DNA from: a virus
Direction: 5' to 3' (one strand)
IMG/VR virus record: IMGVR_UViG_3300018915_000002
Length of the DNA stretch: 64,000 bases
A model generated the notes under the pieces. It had not been told where the DNA came from, did not search any database, and was given only the letters and a program-made list of their open reading frames with translations. Of this stretch, positions 29,848 through 39,111 are shown piece after piece. Every line of letters starts with the position of its first letter. Within the stretch, counting starts at the first letter, position 1. The position numbers and the translations under genes are program-made.

Positions 29848-29912
29848 GCGGAAAAAGCAAAAGCCCTCCAAGTGAATAAATCACCCGGAGGGCTTTGTTA
29901 ATTAATGGTATT

Positions 29913-30020
29913 TTACGCGATTAGACAGTCGTCTCGGTAAACTGGGTCGGAGTCGTCAGTATTAAAAAGATCGTCTAGTATAACTTCGGCAATCTTTTGA
30001 GCCCATTGTTCTTGGTTCAT
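29913..30020 (-). CDS. 35-aa acidic accessory peptide (MNQEQWAQKIAEVILDDLF...)
   Basis: Translated by hand; has the AGCAAAACCATG leader, a TGTTACAAC promoter-like box and a terminator. Confidence 0.55.
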   Translation of the reverse strand: MNQEQWAQKIAEVILDDLFNTDDSDPVYRDDCLIA

Positions 30021-30076
30021 GGTTTTGCTAGAAAAAGTACATCACAGACTTCTGCGCTGCCTCTGTTGTAACAAAA

Positions 30077-30940
30077 CTACACGAACAACTCCGTAAGAAC
30101 AAGTTGGCGCGATCGCCCGTTCATCTTCTTCTCGTACTGAATGCCCAATGCCCGACGATCATCACCTGTAACCTTTTTCCTGCCTGCGTCGTATTCCCAG
30201 CTCATAGAGTCGCTTGTATCGACTAAGGCATCAACCAAGGAGTTTTTGAGGGCAGTGTCCTTTAGTCCAAATCCGTGCAACCTGATGTCGTGTAATCCTT
30301 GAGCTTTAAGCTCTCGGCGAATCGCAAGTAGTATTGCTTCCAATTCTTTAGGTTTGTCGTTTCGGTCACGAATGCTGCCAACACCAAGCCACATCCCCGG
30401 CTTCAGGCGATCGCTATATTGTCGAACGTGTGCCACATATTCTTCAGGTTGATATCCCTGAAGAACTGGCATAAGATACACATCAATGCCACGGGCATCA
30501 AGTAGCTTCTTGATCGCATCGTAGCGGTAGACGGTTAAGGACTGATGCCCCTCTACCGTTTGCTTCATTTTCTCTAGCATGAATGGCACACACATATAGT
30601 CTTGGGTCACAGCGGCGAGTAAATTGCCATGTCGATGCCAGTGTTCGATGAGTGTCACATACTCTGCAATAGACATCTGCGTCCCCATCGTGGCGAGGCA
30701 GGTGAAAGCACCAGAGTCTAGAATCCAGTTCTTAACCGGGAAAGGAGCTTTCCTTGCTGCTCGTTTTGCGGCTGAACGCCTAGGCTTAAAGGGTTTTTTG
30801 CGATCACTGTTCCAATACCATTTGAGCCAGCGATGCCAGTTCGATCCCCCATTCGTCGCCTTCAAACGATTCACAGATACCATGCAGTTCTCAAACAGCA
30901 CGGCATCCGGCAAGTCGTGTACGCCGATGAAAAACGTCAT
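30077..30940 (-). CDS. DpdA/queuine tRNA-ribosyltransferase-like (TGT-fold) protein
   Basis: WILDSGAFT...QDYMC...MPVLQG...GVGSI...LHGFGLK...SDSMSW. Confidence 0.8.
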   Translation of the reverse strand: MTFFIGVHDLPDAVLFENCMVSVNRLKATNGGSNWHRWLKWYWNSDRKKPFKPRRSAAKRAARKAPFPVKNWILDSGAFTCLATMGTQMSIAEYVTLIEHWHRHGNLLAAVTQDYMCVPFMLEKMKQTVEGHQSLTVYRYDAIKKLLDARGIDVYLMPVLQGYQPEEYVAHVRQYSDRLKPGMWLGVGSIRDRNDKPKELEAILLAIRRELKAQGLHDIRLHGFGLKDTALKNSLVDALVDTSDSMSWEYDAGRKKVTGDDRRALGIQYEKKMNGRSRQLVLTELFV

Positions 30941-31003
30941 GTTTTTGATTTTTCGATTTCTTATATTGTAACTTAACCGATATTTTTCTCTGGAAGTAGT
31001 CGT

Positions 31004-31017
31004 CACGGAGTTCCGTG
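31004..31017. repeat. CACGG-N4-CCGTG palindrome #9
   Basis: CACGGAGTTCCGTG, between divergent genes. Confidence 0.9.
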
Positions 31018-31057
31018 GCAAGGTATATTAAAGGGAATTGATACAAGGATTAAACCC

Positions 31058-33082
31058 ATGACCGCAGTAGCAGAGCCGTTGCTTGCCAAGCAAGTCATCG
31101 TTGTGGAGGGAAGGCGTGAGCATTACTATAAATTACCATCACTGGTGGTTGCCGATGTCGTGCGGGAGCATGACAACGATTCTCTGATTCTAAAAACGCC
31201 AGAATCTAAGGAATTTGAACAGTTCCGATCAGCCGCCTTTTGCATCAACTTTGCTGAAGACGCAGAGAAAGCGATCGCTCTGCGGAATAAGTTCCAGGAC
31301 GCATTGACGAACCTCGCCGAGGGTCTGACGGAGATGATGCGCTATGACAAAGCACTGGAAGATACCTCGACACCCAGCAATCCTCTAACCCCAACTGTTG
31401 TTGCGGCTGAAGACCCAGAAAGGGGTGCGGGAATAGATCCCCAAACGTGGAAGGTACTTCAAACAGGGCAGGAAAACTGGTTTTTTTTCGAGGTCGAGAG
31501 GATTGAAGTCCTCCGACACATTGAAATAAGTGGCGAGATGGTATTGATTCCAAAAGGTGGCTCGACTGCTGCCCCGGTTCCGTTTGGCAACGCTTTCACT
31601 TGTGAGAGCGACGAAGAGTGGGAAAACATAAAAGAACTCAGTAATAAGGCTTTCGCAGCCCAAAAAGCATTTTTGGGACATCTTGCCTCTCTCGAAACCT
31701 ACTACAATCGCTCATCCAAACCTGCGATCGCGGTGGACATGGAGGTATTGGACGATGAAGATCCTTCTAGCGAATTGGTGTATGAGGAAGGGATTCCCAT
31801 CCCCCTTTCTGCCTCGTTGTTGGGGGTGGATGACGCAGAAGCCGCAAGGTTAGAGAGGATCTTGCTAGAACTCCAGCTCGAAAATCAGCAAGACCAAGAG
31901 GCTGAAGATCAGCAAGGTCAGGAGGCTGAAGATCAGCCAGCCCAAGATGACCTAATTAACGAAGACGGCGAGGAACAGGCTAGGGCGGTCATCCAGTTCC
32001 TGGTACTCAGCCAACAAAAGCGCGACCAAGCACTGTGGCTTTTGAAATATAAGATTCTAAAAGACAAGAAAAGCTCGGTATTTGGTGGCTTTGATAGTAT
32101 TTGCAAGCGTCTGTACCTAAAAGGCATTATTTCCTTCCAGCCAAATACCGCGAGGGAGTACGCCTTCGGGTTTGAAGAGCGACGGCAATTGGTCGAAGCT
32201 AAAATCGTGTCTCCAGAACAGCATCTATCTGTCCACGCCTTGTTGGGCATCAGGCAGTTAGGGGATGACATTGAGAAGAAAAAAGAAGCGGTGCAGTACT
32301 CCTTGGCCCATGAAGGAAGTATCACTCGCAAGGGGATTGATGCCTACCGCGATACTCAAAGAACGACTTCCGTCACTTCTAGGAGGAGTGCCACTTCATC
32401 ATCAAAAGGAACCAGCCAGTCTCCACCACCAGCGCAATCTTCCAATCCCGCACCCACTCCCTCAGCCCCAGCCCAGTCTTCTCCTTCAGAAATTGTTGCT
32501 GTTTCTCCTAAAGAGGAGATCAAGGAAGGAGATTTAGTAGAAGCTCTTCCTGGAGCGAAATACATTGGAGGCAAGGAGATTTTATTCGGGACAAAAGGGA
32601 CAGTTCACTCCGTTAATCAGCCCCCAAAGCAATGCTGCCTTATCCCCAAGGATAATCCAGAGGAAACGGGGTACGTTCTGTTAGAACACCTCAAAAAGGT
32701 TGCTCCTTCGGCTCCGGAGCAAAACTACTCTCAAGTGGTAGAGCAGACCTCGCACGAAGCTCAATTAATAGAAGAAAGAAATCGACTTGCGCGAGAGCTT
32801 GAAGAAAAAAACAAGTTACTTGAGGAACAAACGGCGTTAATCGAAGACGCAAATAAGAGGAATAATGAGCTTATTTGGCGGTTTCAGGAAATGGCAGTAA
32901 ATGCTGAGGACATGGCTATCAAGACCGTCCAAGAAGCAGGTGCGATCCTCCAAAAATATGAAGAGGAGTTCGGAATTACAGACAGAGATCCCGACGTAAG
33001 AAACTGTGTTGCTGACCTCTGGGAGGTTCTCCGAAGAGTAATCATAGATCCAGTAGAAGACAAGATTCTGAATAACAAATAG
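31058..33082 (+). CDS. Large hypothetical protein (acidic repeats, Ser/Pro linker, SH3/KOW-like region, C-terminal coiled coil)
   Basis: 674-aa ORF with QEAEDQ repeats. Confidence 0.6.
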   Translation: MTAVAEPLLAKQVIVVEGRREHYYKLPSLVVADVVREHDNDSLILKTPESKEFEQFRSAAFCINFAEDAEKAIALRNKFQDALTNLAEGLTEMMRYDKALEDTSTPSNPLTPTVVAAEDPERGAGIDPQTWKVLQTGQENWFFFEVERIEVLRHIEISGEMVLIPKGGSTAAPVPFGNAFTCESDEEWENIKELSNKAFAAQKAFLGHLASLETYYNRSSKPAIAVDMEVLDDEDPSSELVYEEGIPIPLSASLLGVDDAEAARLERILLELQLENQQDQEAEDQQGQEAEDQPAQDDLINEDGEEQARAVIQFLVLSQQKRDQALWLLKYKILKDKKSSVFGGFDSICKRLYLKGIISFQPNTAREYAFGFEERRQLVEAKIVSPEQHLSVHALLGIRQLGDDIEKKKEAVQYSLAHEGSITRKGIDAYRDTQRTTSVTSRRSATSSSKGTSQSPPPAQSSNPAPTPSAPAQSSPSEIVAVSPKEEIKEGDLVEALPGAKYIGGKEILFGTKGTVHSVNQPPKQCCLIPKDNPEETGYVLLEHLKKVAPSAPEQNYSQVVEQTSHEAQLIEERNRLARELEEKNKLLEEQTALIEDANKRNNELIWRFQEMAVNAEDMAIKTVQEAGAILQKYEEEFGITDRDPDVRNCVADLWEVLRRVIIDPVEDKILNNK

Positions 33083-33174
33083 TCTTGCTGGACTCCCTGA
33101 AACCCTCGCTCAATGAGCGGGGGTTTTTGCTTGTGATACTATAAGCAAATAAGCTGTCTATCAGCGCAAAAATT

Positions 33175-34209
33175 ATGACAAAAAAAATTGCCGTTAGCCT
33201 ATTTTCCGGGGTGGGCGGACTTGACCTCGGCGTTCAACAGGCGGGCTTCGACGTAAAAGTCGCAGTCGAGATTGATCCAATACACGCCGAAACCCATGCC
33301 AATAATTTCCCTTATACACAAATGCTCAACACGTCCGTTCAGAATGTGACTGGAGCAGAGCTTTTAGAACTGACAAAAAGTCCCATAGACCTACTATTTG
33401 GCGGTTCACCGTGCCAAGATTTTTCAATTAATGGAAAACGTCAGATTGGCAACCGTGCTGTCCTAGTCTGGGATTTTTTCCGCTTGATTGCACAGTGCAA
33501 ACCTAACTATTTCCTATTTGAGAATGTGCCTGGACTTTCTCAAGGGAAACTAAAGCCACTCCTTGGTATGTTTTTGTCGCAATGCAGAAACTGCGGTTAC
33601 CAAGTGTCACATAAAATATTGAACGCAAAGGATTACCTTGTCCCTCAGGATAGGAAGCGCCTAATTGTTTTAGGAGCAAAGGTGGGTCTGCCTTTTCCTG
33701 ATTTCCCGAAACCGATAAAGGGGTACGTGAGTGCGAAGGATGCAATCGCCGATCTTCCGCCTCCCAATCCATCGGGATTTGCTCCCTATTCGGTTCTTAA
33801 GCCCCCTAGCACCTATGTTGAGAAATTGAACTTTGGGTATCCCACCCCTGAATTCATCACTGCGATTGAAGGCACTGAGCATTCTCAAGAGGTTCGAGAA
33901 CGCTTTGCCTACACAATTGCTGGAGAGCGAGACCCCATAAGTCGGTTCCCTCGCTTGCATCCAGATAGAGTTTCTCCAACACTCAAAGCGGGTACACCAT
34001 CCGAAAGGGGCGCACACACTGCTCCACGCCCAATTCACTACAGAAGCGATCGCGTCATCACTCCACGAGAGGCGGCACGGCTGCAATCGTTCCCAGACTG
34101 GTTTCAATTTGCAGATACCAAGTGGTATCAACTCATGCAAATTGGTAACTCTGTTCCGCCTTGGTTGGCGAGAACTGTAGCAAGTCAGATTTTTGAAGTA
34201 CTCCGCTAA
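33175..34209 (+). CDS. dcm: DNA (cytosine-5) methyltransferase
   Basis: LFSGVGG, GGSPCQDFS, ENVPG, VPQDRKR, TPREAARLQSFPD, QIGNSVPP. Confidence 0.95.
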   Translation: MTKKIAVSLFSGVGGLDLGVQQAGFDVKVAVEIDPIHAETHANNFPYTQMLNTSVQNVTGAELLELTKSPIDLLFGGSPCQDFSINGKRQIGNRAVLVWDFFRLIAQCKPNYFLFENVPGLSQGKLKPLLGMFLSQCRNCGYQVSHKILNAKDYLVPQDRKRLIVLGAKVGLPFPDFPKPIKGYVSAKDAIADLPPPNPSGFAPYSVLKPPSTYVEKLNFGYPTPEFITAIEGTEHSQEVRERFAYTIAGERDPISRFPRLHPDRVSPTLKAGTPSERGAHTAPRPIHYRSDRVITPREAARLQSFPDWFQFADTKWYQLMQIGNSVPPWLARTVASQIFEVLR

Positions 34210-34818
34210 TCACCGAGTTCTGCGTTGCGAGGATGCGATCTCTATAATCAAGTACTGGGCTAGAAGTTTGAGGTTTAATTTTTGGTCTTCTGTTAGCTTC
34301 CTTGGCTGTTGATCGAGTACACATAGCGTCCCAAGTGGGTATCCTTCAGGGCTTACGAGCGGCACACCTGCATAAAAGCGAATCTTGGCATTACCTACAA
34401 CCAAGGGATTATCGGCAAACCGTGGGTCAAGTTCTGTATCCTCTATTTCAAGAATCCTGTAAGGGTCTAGAATTGCGTAGCTGCAAAATACTAAGTCTCG
34501 CGCTGCCTCGCTTGACTCTAATCCTATCCGGGACTTGAACAATTGACGATCTCCGTCACTGATACTCATTAAGGCAATCGGGCTTTCGCAAATAAATGCT
34601 GCTTGCTGTACGATCTCGTCATATTCCTTGATCGCCTCTGGCGTATTTAGTCCGTACTCCACAACCGCTCTTTGGCGGTGTTTCTCGTTAAACGGCTTAG
34701 GAGGTAAAGCTCCTTTTTTTGCGCCAAACCCTCTAATAATCAGCCAAATGCGCTTGAGGACAGCTTTTATCCGAGTGGCAATATTTTCTATCATTTGGAA
34801 CAATTGAATTTTAAGCAA
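34210..34818 (-). CDS. Stand-alone GAF domain protein
   Basis: AAFICESPIALMS...RQLFKSRIGL...FCSYAIL...DPRFADNPLV...IRFYAGVPL...LGTLCVLD..PR. Confidence 0.9.
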   Translation of the reverse strand: MLKIQLFQMIENIATRIKAVLKRIWLIIRGFGAKKGALPPKPFNEKHRQRAVVEYGLNTPEAIKEYDEIVQQAAFICESPIALMSISDGDRQLFKSRIGLESSEAARDLVFCSYAILDPYRILEIEDTELDPRFADNPLVVGNAKIRFYAGVPLVSPEGYPLGTLCVLDQQPRKLTEDQKLNLKLLAQYLIIEIASSQRRTR

Positions 34819-34826
34819 TATTAAGT

Positions 34827-35429
34827 ATGTCTTGGCTTGCTTGGTTTATGCGGCTCTTCAAGAAGCTGATTCCTGAAGAGAAGGACAATAAGATCCTAGT
34901 CGCAACATCGCCCAATAAGAGATCAGAGCTTAAGTATGCTGTCAATCATCGCCTAGGAGCATTACACGCATTTTACTTAATCAATGAAACGGATAGTAAA
35001 GGAGACATTGAACTTCATTTCGACGATCTTCCAACCCTCTACCAGGAATTCATGCACCAAAAACTCGCTCGGTCTATCGGAGTAAGAGATAGTGACCTGG
35101 AGCAGCAGTTGGCTGAAAGCTTCTCGAAGAAGCTAAACTACCGCCTTACAGTACTTCGGACGTGGAAGGTTCAGGGAAAAAAAGATCGAGAGCGAACGAT
35201 GCAAGAACTTAAATACGTCATCGATTTTGCTTGGGGGATAGAGAACCAATATGATCGCCCCTACAATTCCTTCAAGAACTTTGCCGTCTCCCTACTCAAG
35301 GAGGAACTCCCCTCTCACCACAATGACTGGGGCAAGTACCTTTGTGACCCCTATGCGATTGACTGGGTGAAGCGGCTGGAGGTGACCGCAAACGTCAAGG
35401 ACGCTAAGATCGTTTTTCCTTCTTGTTGA
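34827..35429 (+). CDS. Hypothetical protein
   Basis: 200-aa ORF. Confidence 0.55.
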   Translation: MSWLAWFMRLFKKLIPEEKDNKILVATSPNKRSELKYAVNHRLGALHAFYLINETDSKGDIELHFDDLPTLYQEFMHQKLARSIGVRDSDLEQQLAESFSKKLNYRLTVLRTWKVQGKKDRERTMQELKYVIDFAWGIENQYDRPYNSFKNFAVSLLKEELPSHHNDWGKYLCDPYAIDWVKRLEVTANVKDAKIVFPSC

Positions 35430-36006
35430 GCATATCTTCTAGATGCAAGCTCACAAAGTCTCCCCAGCGATCGCCTTTATAACTCTCCAAACTAGGGCGC
35501 AACAGTAGATGCCCTTGGTGGCTGGAGAGTTTTTTCATTTCATCCGCAATCTTTTCCCCTAGCTGAATAGCAATCCGTTGTGGTGCGCCGATCTGCATCC
35601 TGAATAACAGATGGAGACGGCGACTGTCTCGTTTCATGTGGTAGAGGCAGTGAAGCTCATGGCTCATATCCTTAAGTTTAAAGGGGATGATTGGCTTCCC
35701 CTGACTGTCCTTTCCTTCCCATCCAGTCAGCTTTGCAAGTCGCAACATGTGCTTGAAGGGAGAGCATGATGGCAAGGTGCCATACCATTCTTTTACTATG
35801 GGTTCCTCTGGAGAAATCGGAGTTGATTCCATGAAGTCTTGATTGCCATGAAGGAAGAACATTGATCGCTCTAGCAACGATTTTGGCTGCTGCGTTCGGA
35901 GATTCTCTTCTACGCAGAAACAGTCCTCTTCTTTTGTTGGCTGATAGACCATGACGTGAGGATTAGCCTCCCACCACAATGAATAGTTTGTTGGCTTTAG
36001 CTTCAA
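35404..36006 (-). CDS. Hypothetical protein
   Basis: 200-aa ORF coupled to the upstream membrane gene. Confidence 0.5.
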   Translation of the reverse strand: MKLKPTNYSLWWEANPHVMVYQPTKEEDCFCVEENLRTQQPKSLLERSMFFLHGNQDFMESTPISPEEPIVKEWYGTLPSCSPFKHMLRLAKLTGWEGKDSQGKPIIPFKLKDMSHELHCLYHMKRDSRRLHLLFRMQIGAPQRIAIQLGEKIADEMKKLSSHQGHLLLRPSLESYKGDRWGDFVSLHLEDMLNKKEKRS

Positions 36007-36344
36007 TCGTCATCTCCTTTTTTGATAAAGCGATCGCCAAACCCGATGACTGCACTTGCTGACCCAGCAAATCCTGAAATAATCTGCAAGGCACTCTTGA
36101 ATTCAGCGCCACGGAAGGCAACACTGATATCCCCTGTTTTGCGTTCATAATTGGCTCCAGATAGGAGAGCGGCAACGAGTCCAACCCCCCCTAATGAGAC
36201 AACCAAGGAATAGCGCAAGATAGTGATTCGGAAACTATTGCGTAATATCTTTTTCCCCTTGACCTTCAGTTGTTCAACTTCCTGTTCAATTCGCTCAAGG
36301 CGCTCCTCAGTGGAGTTTCCCTCGGTAGGTAATTCAGGTGGCAT
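36003..36344 (-). CDS. Small membrane protein (coiled coil plus 2 hydrophobic segments; holin-like candidate)
   Basis: TEERLERIEQEVEQLK followed by hydrophobic helices. Confidence 0.45.
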   Translation of the reverse strand: MPPELPTEGNSTEERLERIEQEVEQLKVKGKKILRNSFRITILRYSLVVSLGGVGLVAALLSGANYERKTGDISVAFRGAEFKSALQIISGFAGSASAVIGFGDRFIKKGDDD

Positions 36345-36352
36345 AGTTTCGT

Positions 36353-36366
36353 CACGGACTTCCGTG
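36353..36366. repeat. CACGG-N4-CCGTG palindrome #10
   Basis: CACGGACTTCCGTG, filling a 23-bp intergenic gap. Confidence 0.9.
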
Positions 36367-36367
36367 G

Positions 36368-37093
36368 TTAGGTGATTACTTGACGTTTGAATTTCAGAAG
36401 TGGCAGCAGCGCTCTATCTAACTCGGTTCCGCCACCTCCTCCAGTTTTACCATTTCCACCTCCTTTTCCTCCTGTTGATGGATCACCCACTCGGAAGCTT
36501 TGGCTGATTCCTCCTGGAAGACTTACTTGGGTTAGATCGCGAGTGAGTGTCCCCAGTTGGGCGAGGAGGTCACTGGGAGAAGCCTTTGTTGGATCTCCTT
36601 GGTAGTTCAAGAAGAAGCTCTTAAGGAGGTTTAATAGTGTTGCCGTGACGATTGGTGGAACTGGGTCATAGCCTGCGACATACTCGATACGATAGCGGCA
36701 TCGCTCTTGAGTTTGGAAAGCAACTTTAATATTGCGCCCTCCCTCCCAAAGCGCGTTGGTTTCAATTAACTTAGGCTTGGGAACGCCTTTATTATTAATC
36801 TCTCCTGCAATAATCCTTTTTACGGAGATTATCTCCAGTACAGGATAGTGTTCCACGGTTATGATGCCGTTGAGTTGGCAGTAGCGCTCCTGGACATATT
36901 GGGTTGGAGCAAGTCGATACGCCATCCATTCATCAAAGCGGACTTCAAGCGCTTGGAGCATGGACTCTAGGTTATCTTCATTCGGAATCTTTTCTGGTGG
37001 CATTCCAGCCGAAAGCAGAGATTGGCGTAACTCGTTGGGTAAAACATAGGCTAGGGATTGTGTTTCTGGTCCCGGTTGCTGATCATAAACCAT
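36368..37093 (-). CDS. Head-tail connector/adaptor protein
   Basis: YPVLEIISV...YRIEYVAGYDPVPPIV..TLL...LLPLLKFKR, downstream of the capsid gene. Confidence 0.75.
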   Translation of the reverse strand: MVYDQQPGPETQSLAYVLPNELRQSLLSAGMPPEKIPNEDNLESMLQALEVRFDEWMAYRLAPTQYVQERYCQLNGIITVEHYPVLEIISVKRIIAGEINNKGVPKPKLIETNALWEGGRNIKVAFQTQERCRYRIEYVAGYDPVPPIVTATLLNLLKSFFLNYQGDPTKASPSDLLAQLGTLTRDLTQVSLPGGISQSFRVGDPSTGGKGGGNGKTGGGGGTELDRALLPLLKFKRQVIT

Positions 37094-37141
37094 AAGGTTA
37101 CACAAAACCCGCCATAGAGGCGGGTATTAAGTAGAAGTACG

Positions 37142-37420
37142 ATGAACCAAAAACTAACGGAAGAAGAGTTTTATGCCTTGATTAAGCCAGGGCTGATTGT
37201 CCAGTTCTGTCGAGGGAGGGAGCCGATTAGGCACATCCGAGCCATCGTAGATGAAGAAGAAGTTGTTTTCCGTACTTGGAACAAACACAAACAGCAGTGG
37301 AATTATGAGGTGGAAAACTGGTATAGCCTATGGTGTGCATACGAGCTTGGCATCCTCGTCATCAAAGGGTTCGACAACGATGACCCTACTTGCTCTCCTG
37401 CTGTGCCTCAACATACTTAG
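37142..37420 (+). CDS. Hypothetical accessory protein inserted antisense in the head module
   Basis: HIRAIVDEEEVVFRTWNKHKQQWNYEVE. Confidence 0.6.
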   Translation: MNQKLTEEEFYALIKPGLIVQFCRGREPIRHIRAIVDEEEVVFRTWNKHKQQWNYEVENWYSLWCAYELGILVIKGFDNDDPTCSPAVPQHT

Positions 37421-37877
37421 TTATGGCATCCCGCTGACGATCATTTAAGAGTTCAGCAATCCGTTGCTTCTCTAGTGGGCGACCAGCAATTAAGACATCA
37501 GCTATAGCACCCGTGATACCGCGAATTGACGTGATTTCGGCGGGTTCTGCGGAGTTGAGGAATTCAATCACCTTGTCGTCAAGCGTGACAACTTGAGCCG
37601 ACTCCATAGCAGGGAGAGTTGGAGGTTCCCCAATTCCCATCGTTTCCGGTGTATCCACATCTTCCGCTTGTTCAAATCCCTTCGGATCTGGATCAGTCTC
37701 TGTTAAGGGACCCGTTGTCAGCATATCTGGCTCGATGACTTCAATATAGCCATTTTTCCTAAGCCAAGATTCTGCGTGTCCGGCCAAATCCATCCTTTTA
37801 GTCTTCTTGACTGTCCCATAAGAGGGAACCATAATCTCTGGTTCTGTCCAAAGCTTACTCGGTTTATATATGCCCAT
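37386..37877 (-). CDS. Head-associated protein with C-terminal helix-hairpin-helix-like motif
   Basis: FLNSAEPAEITSIRGITGAIADVLIAGRP. Confidence 0.5.
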   Translation of the reverse strand: MGIYKPSKLWTEPEIMVPSYGTVKKTKRMDLAGHAESWLRKNGYIEVIEPDMLTTGPLTETDPDPKGFEQAEDVDTPETMGIGEPPTLPAMESAQVVTLDDKVIEFLNSAEPAEITSIRGITGAIADVLIAGRPLEKQRIAELLNDRQRDAITKYVEAQQESK

Positions 37878-37997
37878 ATTTCGTGTAAGGGTAATTTTTG
37901 TTGTTCCGCACTATTTTTTTGGGTGTTACATAAGTGTTTTCCCCTTAAAAAGTGCCTTATCTTAAGCCTTCAAAGAATCGCTAGAAACCTTACCAGA

Positions 37998-39068
37998 TCA
38001 GGTTCTTACGACGTTCCAAGCACTACCTAGAGGCGCTCTCACATCGACTCTCCATACCCCGTTATTTTTGAGGTACAGGGTCCCAAACATTACCATCATC
38101 CGCTCCGTGACGAGGGGTTCGTTCGCCAAATACATGGTGATGTCAAAAAGTTGTGGATCTGGAGAATCCTTGCCCCCGTAGGGCTGCACGTAATGCCACT
38201 CGATGGCGTTCATGTCCATCAAGTAGATCCTCAAAATATCATTACCTTGCTGATCTGCCAAGTCTTGAAGGTAAGGGCTTCGGATAATTGGCAGTTCCCC
38301 AATTCCGGTCATGATTGATGGCACCGTAAAACCAGGAATAATTTCCTTCTCATCACCGAAACGAATTTGAGAATCTCCCAGTTCCCCCTGCAACGCAACA
38401 AATGCCGCACCGGTCATGAAGAGGTGGGTAATCCGCCGCAGTACGTTTCTATCTGTTGCGGCTCTCATGACGATCTCGTTGATCGTCTTCCAGATTTTTT
38501 GCGGCTGAGTTCCGGTAGTGTTGATCTCCCAGATATGCTCTGGAAGGGTCATCTGCTTCTCCAAACCATTGAATGCCAACGGGTTTTCGTCCGCGTCCCC
38601 AGAGAATAATTCCATCTCCAAGAATCGCCACGTCTCCGTGATCATATCGTCCGTATCCGTTGCTATCTCGTCGCCGTAAGGACGATTTTGTTGAGAGTGC
38701 ATCGAATGCGAGAAGAAGTCATACTTGTATCGAGCGGACAGAGCTTTAACGTCTTGTCCTGGATCGTCCAGGTTCAGGGGTAGATCCTGCTTCCTATTTT
38801 GTACGGCTCCTGAGAGATCCCCTCTATTTACATAGCCAACTTGAGGGCGCTTATCCCTAACGATCTTTTTGATCGTTGGAGCGGCGGCGCGTCTTTTGTT
38901 TGCAGGAGGAATCAACTCCCAAAAGATCGTCTCCTTCCTTCGATAGTCTTCTATCTCCGGATCGTAGTTCTGATTGATCGTGAAACCGCCTAAATTCGCG
39001 GCAGAACTTTGTAGTTCGGTGTAGACCTCTTTATAATTCTGGAAGCCAAGCGGGGTTGCAACAGCCAT
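37998..39068 (-). CDS. Major capsid protein (HK97-fold, SU10-like)
   Basis: 356 aa after protease/scaffold; LEMELFSGDADENPLAFNGLEKQ and GELPIIRSPYL motifs. Confidence 0.85.
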   Translation of the reverse strand: MAVATPLGFQNYKEVYTELQSSAANLGGFTINQNYDPEIEDYRRKETIFWELIPPANKRRAAAPTIKKIVRDKRPQVGYVNRGDLSGAVQNRKQDLPLNLDDPGQDVKALSARYKYDFFSHSMHSQQNRPYGDEIATDTDDMITETWRFLEMELFSGDADENPLAFNGLEKQMTLPEHIWEINTTGTQPQKIWKTINEIVMRAATDRNVLRRITHLFMTGAAFVALQGELGDSQIRFGDEKEIIPGFTVPSIMTGIGELPIIRSPYLQDLADQQGNDILRIYLMDMNAIEWHYVQPYGGKDSPDPQLFDITMYLANEPLVTERMMVMFGTLYLKNNGVWRVDVRAPLGSAWNVVRT

Positions 39069-39111
39069 GATTGTTCTAGGTAAAAGTCAATGAATCAGGG
39101 GAAAGATTGAA

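Noticed and set aside
30941-31021. N-terminal extension MPRNSVTTT... of the DpdA-like ORF, and the similar extension of ORF 56278
   Set aside because: These run through palindrome, promoter or terminator DNA; downstream ATGs have better context.
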